DNA of 62,019 nt, counting the filler, from Sluysia triapertura (lineage: Eukaryota), in assembly GCA_046118255.1 (NCBI GenBank). It is 4 parts of 4 records of this genome, joined end to end, with 100 filler letters (N's around TTAATTAATTAA, not from the genome) between each part and the next. Parts side by side here need not be neighbours in the genome. Positions count along the whole stretch, not along the records: positions 47,111 to 62,019 come from JBJNIA010244321.1; 3 more parts are not named here. The stretch is one strand, 5' to 3'. The position numbers were made by a program, and so were the translations under genes. The notes beneath the pieces were generated by a model that was not told the DNA's origin, did no database searches, and saw only the letters and a list, made by a program, of their open reading frames with translations. Shown here one piece after another: positions 53,944 to 62,019 of the stretch. Numbering within the stretch: position 1 is the first letter of the stretch; each line of letters begins with the position of its first letter.

Positions 53944-56562
53944 AATTAATGATTCTTCCGGATTTGAACACGTTTTTGTAGGAGAAATTAAAAACAATCA
54001 GTTGATAGGTTTACATAACTGGATTCGCTTTTATATTGAGGAAAAAAAAGGTAATATCGATTACAAAGGATTTCATTATCGTGGCACGGTAATATGATTA
54101 ATGCATAATATTTGTAATTGTTGTTTCAATAAAATAAACAAATTTTTCAAAATAATAGTTAACTTTCAATATAAGAATGCAAGATACATGGAGAATAATT
54201 AGCGCATTTTGAATTTTAGTATACCTACAGAAATACAATAGAATTTTCACAGCAATGTTGTAAATTGTTTCACATTACTTCAACTTTTAATTGCTTCATT
54301 AGAGCGAGTAGGTTTTACAATACAATACCCTTTCAGTAATATCGTCTTCATAATGTTAATCAGCTTATGAATATGTGTCCTCAAAGCAGTGTTTAAAATA
54401 GACCTTCAACTTCTTTTGTAGCATTAATTAAATTGTTTTTTATAAATTGATTTACAGATATAGAATAATATTTTGTATTTACTACTATCAAAAATGAAGA
54501 CTAATGCACTAACTTAATGCTGCTTTAAAATGTATAATGCAATAAATAACAATATTACTTATCAAGGTATTAATACGAAATCCAGATAATTATGTTGGGG
54601 TAAAAGGCCTAAAAAGTGCCAAGTAGTATAATTGAATATATTAAAAATGAAATTGTTAGGCGGGGCTGTTAGCTCAGTGGTAGAGCATCGACTGCGCAGA
54701 CGATGGTCCCGGGTTCGATCCCCGGTCAGTCCATCTTACGAAGTCTAACAATTAAGATTAAAATCTCTACTGTCAGTAGGAAAAGAAAATAATATGCTCA
54801 AACAACTGGAAAAAGTATGAAGTAAATTGCATTCTCCTTATAATTTCTGTACAAATAAAAAATTTATTCCACATAAACTTATAAAATTCCTCAAGCTCAT
54901 TATAGTGGGTCTCCACATTTTTATGAGAAATACCATAACTAACCATTAATCTGATTTATTCAAAATGAATAACTTTTAATTATTATCTATCATTTTTTTC
55001 AGAAATAGTCAAAGTCTAATGCTAATTTTACTCTACTATAAAATTCTAATAAATAATATAGGAATCAACATCCAGCGTCAAGCCAGGGAAAATCGAAATA
55101 CATTAAGTTGGGATCTGCAAAACTCGAAAATGATGTTGAATGCACTTGACCAACAAAAAATTTCAATAGGATTAATTTAAACAAAATGTGATCAATACTT
55201 TGCGTAATAAACCCGTGTTTGCAGATTACGAGTTCACACATTTATATTATTATTAGTAGTATTAGATTTTTACTATCTTTTATCAAATTATAATAAATAA
55301 TGTTTTTTGGACTTTATGGTCCACCTAGAAAAGATAATAAATTTAAATAGCTATTAAATTATTTGTTATTAATTTAATTAATTGTATCAAAATAGTTATT
55401 TTTAAACAGATAATATATTGAAAATATAAAATTTTTGAATATTTACGCCAAAAACAAAATTAAAGTCAATCAATATTACACTTGGCCAACAAAAAATTTC
55501 AATAGGATTAATTAAAACAAAAATAATTGCAAATTCTGGTATTATCTGTATAAATAAAAATGTAAATGTTATTTTGTTCAAAATCTTAAATTTCCGAAAG
55601 TTAACCGATTGTTTTGAAATTTTGACACAACGTGTGTTTTCTCTTTTCCTTTCCATTTAACCACACTGAGCCTTAGCAACGAGTGGCCGGGTACAGCTAA
55701 TTTATCATACGTGTGAAGAAATATTATATACCAGAGGTGGCCAGACTTAACCCCAGACTTAATCATAAAAATCCAAAACTTCGGGAGCCGCAAAGAAAAA
55801 TTTTTGTTAAAATCAGCATAGTAATTAAAAAATTTTTTATCATTTTTAAATGTAGTTTGCACAAAATAAATAAAAATTTTTTAAATTTATTCAATAGATT
55901 TTTTGTATGATTCAAATTTTGAAAAATTTTTACATGTATATTTTTATTAATGATAAAATTTCGAATTTTTAAGTCTTGGCGAGAACCGCACTGGGAAGGT
56001 CAAAATCATATAAAAATTACTTGTACCACGGATATATTTATACGATTTCTAATATAATATTTTTTCGATAAAGCATATTGTTCAAATATATAAATTTTTT
56101 AAAAGTATATAACATATAACAGTGATTACAATGGTTGTTGTTTTGAAGTTAAGTCAATATGATTGATGTAAATTTATAAACTTTGCATAAAAATGAAGAA
56201 GCTTTACTAATTTCCTCAATACTGGAATAAAGATAAATATTTGAAATCCAACTTAGGATAGGATTTATTTTTAAAAAATTGATTGTCATTTAACAATATT
56301 GGTAATAATTTCATTTTAGCCATCTGAAAGTGACAACCCTAGAATAATAACAATAAAATTTGCTTGGCGTGGTATACCTAAACATAAAGGTAGTTCTTTC
56401 ATTGGCACATCACCGGAATTCGAAATGGCGTTTTACACAGCACTTCATTTTTGTGATGTTCCACTTGATACGGAAGTAACACTAGCCGGTTATCATCTGT
56501 CATTAAAACATTTCAAAAAAAATGATAAAATTGAATCATCTTACATGATATGCCATGATTAA
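53944..56562 (+). CDS. ENDOU: EndoU/XendoU/PP11 poly(U)-specific endoribonuclease, last two exons 53944-54088 and 56320-56562
   Basis: Neither exon is in the ORF track. They translate to [40 protein letters not shown] and [27 protein letters not shown]...TAA. The two catalytic His and the Lys motif are present, with AG/GT boundaries in phase. Confidence 0.92.
54593..54750 (+). mobile_element. Solo LTR containing a tRNA-like gene, 4-bp TSD ATTA
   Basis: atta-TGTTGGGG...GTCTAACA-atta, 158 bp. Confidence 0.9.
54663..54733 (+). tRNA. tRNA-like sequence inside the LTR (Cys-like, abnormal anticodon arm; probably a pseudo-tRNA acting as a Pol III promoter)
   Basis: GGGCTG/CAGTCC acceptor stem, A box TAGCTCAGTGG with a GCTC/GAGC D stem, and T arm CCGGG-TTCGATC-CCCGG. 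The anticodon region is ACTGCGCAGA versus ACTGCAGA in tRNA-Cys. Confidence 0.6.
55143..55525 (+). repeat. ~45-bp direct repeat pair
   Basis: cacttg.ccaacaaaaaatttcaataggattaatt.aaacaaaa occurs at ~55143 and ~55479. Confidence 0.85.
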
Positions 56563-56585
56563 ACAATAATTTATATTTTGATTAT

Positions 56586-56748
56586 AATAATTTTATATTT
56601 TACGAAGGTGCTTTATAATATAATTTATTTATTATTATTTTGAATTTATTGAATAATTTTATATTTATACGAAGGTGTTTTATAATATAATTTATTTATT
56701 ATTATTTTGAATTTATTGAATAAATTTATATTTATACTAAGTTGCTTT
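56586..56748 (+). repeat. ~68-bp tandem repeat (~2.4 copies) just after the EndoU stop
   Basis: tacgaaggtg.tttataatataatttatttattattattttgaatttattgaata is repeated. Confidence 0.85.
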
Positions 56749-58596
56749 ATTACTATTATATTGTTATTAATAATAGTATTGATTACTAAAATTCTGTACT
56801 GTTTAATCTTGTTAAATAAACAAAAACAAATAAATATAACATATTTTACTTAAAAAATTGGTATAATTAAAAATTATTGATTTTTAATATAACTAATTTG
56901 AGTAAATAAAAAAGAAATCGATATTTTCAGTTTACAAATTTTAATACTGTTTCTGTAAACTAAAATGTATAATAAATTAGATTTAATTTTTATTATGACT
57001 TCAAAATTAGCTATATAAATTAATTTTTAGGAAGTTTTGTTTGTAGTGTATTCTTTTAAAAGTTATTAAAGTTCAATGAGAATATTTGGATAATTGGCCA
57101 ATATCTGACACAAGTTAGGAATGTAAAAGTTTAACTAACCATAAAGTTAATTACAATATGTACAATAATATTAATTCAAATAAAACTGTATTAATTTAAG
57201 TGGTTATCATTGATTCTTGATATCGCATTATAAATGATAATTTGTACATACTATTGAACATCATCGTAAGAATTATTGCTTATTTTCATATTAGAAATGA
57301 TGTAAACACCCATAAAAATAATAAAGTATGTTATTTTTTCTCATTTACAAGTTTCGTAAATTTGTATGTCTAATTTCGTAACTGAGTTATCTTTTATTAT
57401 CAATTTTTCAGAATGAAGATGTTAATCAATTTAAGATTAATGTCAAAAAAGTTGTATTTTGTACTATTTAAGTTTTATAAAGTTAATAAAATCATTTTAA
57501 AATATTGAGATCTTTTAATTTGATCTAACATAACACTGTATATTAAAAGTCATCAGTCAAGATTACCGAGTTCACTCACTACTTTTAATAATTTTAGAAA
57601 ATTGTTTAGTGTAAGTTATATTTATTGAGATTAACTCGTATACATTTATAATTACAAAAGATTTAAAATTATTGGACTAAATTGAGTTCAATTTATATGT
57701 ACAATAAATCTTTTTTGAAAGCTGAACATTTTATTGAAGATTTTTAATTGCATTAATAGTAACTTTTGATACAATATGCAAAACATTAACGGTACGTTAC
57801 ACGTCAATAACATATTTAGAATGATCTCTTAATGGGAATTAATTTGATATATACTTCTATTACGTGCGGTCATTATAATGCATATAAATTTAACGTTATA
57901 GTAAAGAAAATTAATTAAAATTGATGATTTTGCATTATCTACGTTGACGGCTTTACACTGTCTTGATATTCATAACACTGATACATTTCATTATTGTGTT
58001 TTATTACGTGTTATATTCGCTCCTATTTTCAAACAATTCTAATTGAATTAATTAATATACCCAGATATTTTTTGTAAAACTTTATCAAATATTGATCACT
58101 TTACCTTCAAGCTGCAATATCTTTACAGTCACTTTATTTTCTGACAACCCCAACACTATGTTATGAAATAAATAATGTAATATTTTAATTTAGTAAAAGG
58201 AAAATAGTTAATATTTTAATTATTATTGTATTAAATTATTATTATTATTGTATTGTCATGAAATTGTCTTTAGTGGTAATAATGGTAGTATATTAATTCA
58301 TATTGCACTCATCTTCTGCAAAATAAGTATTCAAAAAACGCTCAAAATAAATCATTCACTATAATATTTCTGAAACAGAAGAACTTTGCCTTTTCCTATA
58401 TATTTCATAATCTTCCAGTAATTTGATACTCACTATGGATTCTAAATAATTTGCTAAATTATTAAAATTGTATTTTCAAAAGTCTATAATTCTATTCACA
58501 ATAACTATCAAGTATTATCTGTATGCTAACTAAAACAATGTGATTGAGAGTATAACACATTAGGTTGTTTGGAATTTTCAATATCAAGTTTTGTTG

Positions 58597-58642
<46 letters not shown>

Positions 58643-60512
58643 CAATTTTATTATTATTAAAGTATTATTATTATACCAAGTACTATTTTTTGTTATTATG
58701 CATAAAGATCAAATAACATACAATCAGCACAAGTTTTCACACAAGTTTTTGAATTCTTTTTAAAGTTTTACAATCGTCTTGAAAGAAGAATTTATTTTAA
58801 AAGTATTTTAAATCATTGTAATTATACCACAAGATGGATACTATCAATATATAAAATTGCTTTAACCTTAGTACATATTGAAATTATTATATAAATTGCT
58901 TTTAAATTATTTAATACCATTTACGTAAACGTTTTTTTACAAGTAAACGTTAGTTACATATTTAAAATTTTACAACAAAATTATTATTACCATCACGATA
59001 TAATGATCTTTAAAAGAATATTTTTCATTATAATCATAGAATCATTCTCAAACTTATAATTGTAAAATTTGTATTCTAAATCTTTGTATTATTTATTATT
59101 GTTTTGTGTCATTAATTTTATTGTAATTCACATATTTAATATAAATTAATACATTGACTTGTTCATCTTTTAAAGAACGAGAAATAAAAGAACCTAAAGA
59201 GAAATACTAATAAAAGTTTTTGCATTAAATCATACAATTAAATTTATTGTTAATAATCTTTGTCAACCCTTATATTCAAGAATTTAAAATCATATTTACG
59301 CAACTGATCAACTTTTATAATTGTAATAAATTAAAATACAATCAAAGATAATTTTTATAAACGTAAATTCGATTTAAAAGATTTTCTTAGATCATATTTA
59401 AACTAATTCAGAAAATAACTTCTCTAGATTTAGAGTAAAACCATAATTGAGAAGATATATTCTTTTAAACTTCAATTACTTGCATTTTCTTTAAAACGCT
59501 GACATATATGCATCAGCCCTTCAATGTGTAAGCCCAGTGTCATAGAGGACTCACGAATAGAAACACAAATAAAAATATTAAAACTTTATTTTTCAAATCA
59601 AATTCTCATATTAATAAGGCTTCAAGAAATCTCAAGGTTCACAAATGCAAAGGTGCTCTAATGTCTTTAAAGTCCATCTCTAGCCATCACAAGGTCTCTA
59701 CACCTTGAGTCTTAATAATTAAGAGCTAATCCAGAGGAAAGAAAGAAAAATCAAGTATGTAAGTGAAATGTGCGATTATACGTACATAGCTTTTTGCAGT
59801 AACTGCTAAAAGATGTTTATAACTCGTTAATGAATAGGTTTCTAGTAATTGTTCAAAATAATTTTCATTATTAATTAAATCTTTAAAACAGAGGTTACAT
59901 CTAAAAATTTAAATTTTGTGTTACAATAAAACTCTAAGTTGATAAATTTAGTCATCCTGAAAAATAGATTAGATTTTTATAACTATATTATGTAATAAAT
60001 GAAAATTTAAATCATTGGAAAGTAAAGGTTTTCTTTTTTGGTGACATTATGAATAACAAATTATTATCTTTTTGCAGAACTTTTATTGTTATATTTTCAT
60101 TGTTAAAATAATCAAAAAACCCGCTGCGAAAAGAAACCAAATTTTTTAAATGAATAACTTTATAATTTTTAAAAATGAAAATAAAGCAAGCACTTCACTT
60201 TAAAAATCGAAAAACACTATATTTTTAATTCAATTAATTAATAAATAATAATAAAGTAATAATAAAGTAATAATAAAGTATGTATTTAATACCTCATTAT
60301 CTTACTTCAAATTCTACATTTAATACAATAACATAATATATTGTATATAGATAAAAATAAAAACAGTTTTGTCTACTTAACGAATTTTACGATTGGATTG
60401 AATTCAAAAAGTTTCTCCAAACATTACAAAATTCTACATTTAGTGCTTTTTGGGTGTTTAAATATTTGTTTATTATATGAGAATGTGTTTCTTTTATTTA
60501 CAATGTTATTAA

Positions 60513-60583
60513 CCCCTTAACGTTCAATTTTTTTTCTGCAGGTTTACCTCGCTCGAGTTAATTCGAGTGTGCGAGTTAAGGGG
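60513..60583. mobile_element. 71-bp piggyBac-type miniature element
   Basis: TTAA-CCCCTTAAC...GTTAAGGGG-TTAA. Confidence 0.8.
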
Positions 60584-61242
60584 TTAATAAGAAATTAAGT
60601 TAGTATTATAATTTATATGAATGTTTATAAAGCTTCAATCTTAAGTCCGAACCAATAAATAGTAATTCATATATAACGTTAATAAAATGATAAAACTAAA
60701 AAATGTAAGATTGATTATAAAAATACATTGATATACTAGGTTGATACGTAGCTACAAGGTTCTGGATACGAGTTTTCTAAATTATACATATTCAACGGAT
60801 TATTTTTGATTGAAAATCTTAAACAGAAGATATCAGTCAAAATGTACAAACATGCGTCTTGTGTTCATGATGTATTTGATTTTATGTATTGATTTGTAGA
60901 AAATTAGTAAAAGCGGTCGTACTTGTCTGAACCTAATGTACAATATTTTTGATGCTTGCATAGTTTCACTTTATGAATTAAAACATTTATGATAATTACG
61001 AAATTTAAAAGAAAATCACCATATCACAATACTATTATTCGGAAATATTTAATGAAAAAAGTGAAGTTTCTTTAGTAGACATTTTTCTGGCTGGAATAAA
61101 TAAGTAATCAGCAGTTCTTTCGAAACTCACTTGCTAAATTAAATAAAACAATTTTATAGTAATTGCTAATCATATAAATTAATTTGAACAAATCAATATT
61201 TTAATTACCATTCATTAAAAATAACGTATTATGCAATACACA

Positions 61243-61500
61243 TTAGGTTGCTCTTAAGTGATGTACCCTTTCTAATATAATTTTTAAATTGACGTAACAT
61301 GAGAAAAATTTGTCCTCTTATAAAAAATGCTTTAAATATAACGCTCTGTCATTTTGTTTTAGTGTTTCAGTTTTTTAAAATTTCAAAAAATGGAGATTGA
61401 CAAAATTCGAATATATTTTCTATTATGGAATTGAGGAAAAAAGAAATCATAATTTCAGAAAAACAAAAATATGCGAAATAAAAGTTTGTAACGTTACCAA
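61243..61500 (+). mobile_element. mariner 5' remnant
   Basis: A TTAGGTTG-type end followed by a decayed MEIDKIR N-terminus. Confidence 0.4.
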
Positions 61501-62019
61501 TGTAAAAATAGTACCATAATATAAGGTAAATTCATTTTTTGATGAAATTCATTTAAAAGTAATTTAAATTTATATAACTGAAACTTGGATTAATTTATAA
61601 TTATGTATTGTAATTAATAAACATGTTATGATAGATGTATGGATATAATTTATTAAATCATTGAGTAAAATATTTGAATTAAATTATTGAAAAATTATTT
61701 AATATGAAATGAAAATTGTACAAAAATCACATCAAAATATCAATGCTTCGTCACATAAAAACATCTCATACATACATAGAAGATTAAACAAACTAGTTGA
61801 CTCATTCAAAAAACAAACATAATTATCGTACATAATTATTATGAACTATAGTTATTGTCATTATAAATCCAATCTTATTAAAATATTATTATATAATATG
61901 ATTGTCATACAATAACTTTTATAATAACACCACAACATCAACAATACAAATATTTTAAAATATATAATAATTATGTTATCGCTATCATTATTATTCCTTT
62001 TACCTTTACCATCAACCTT

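Noticed and set aside
54663-54733. Functional tRNA gene or ordinary tRNA-SINE
   Set aside because: The anticodon arm is malformed and variable, and it sits internally in a TG...CA unit with a 4-bp TSD and no tail.

Overview
Very AT-rich eukaryotic (animal) genomic DNA with many 35-60 nt GT-AG introns and (AAT)n microsatellites. This is compatible with a flatworm-like genome, but the taxon is an inference. The window is not one contiguous piece: three 100-nt N-TTAATTAATTAA-N linkers (14750, 27835, 47011) and one N gap (30277) split it, so adjacency across them cannot be trusted. Host genes: a complete 6-exon COP9 signalosome subunit 1 (-), part of a long-form intersectin (SH3D-SH3E-DH, +), a SENP6/7-type SUMO protease (-), the 3' part of an EndoU ribonuclease (+), a frameshifted degenerate SET-domain exon (-), and an intronless WTAP pseudogene next to a Helitron-type 3' end. 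Introns and intergenic DNA hold piggyBac, hAT, Tigger, mariner, Penelope, Maverick and Gypsy-gag remnants. The most striking feature is a family of ~160-bp TG...CA repeats with 4-bp target duplications that carry an entire tRNA-like gene. There are 8 copies: six are solo LTRs and two form a complete LTR-PBS-93 bp-PPT-LTR miniature retrotransposon in a CSN1 intron.
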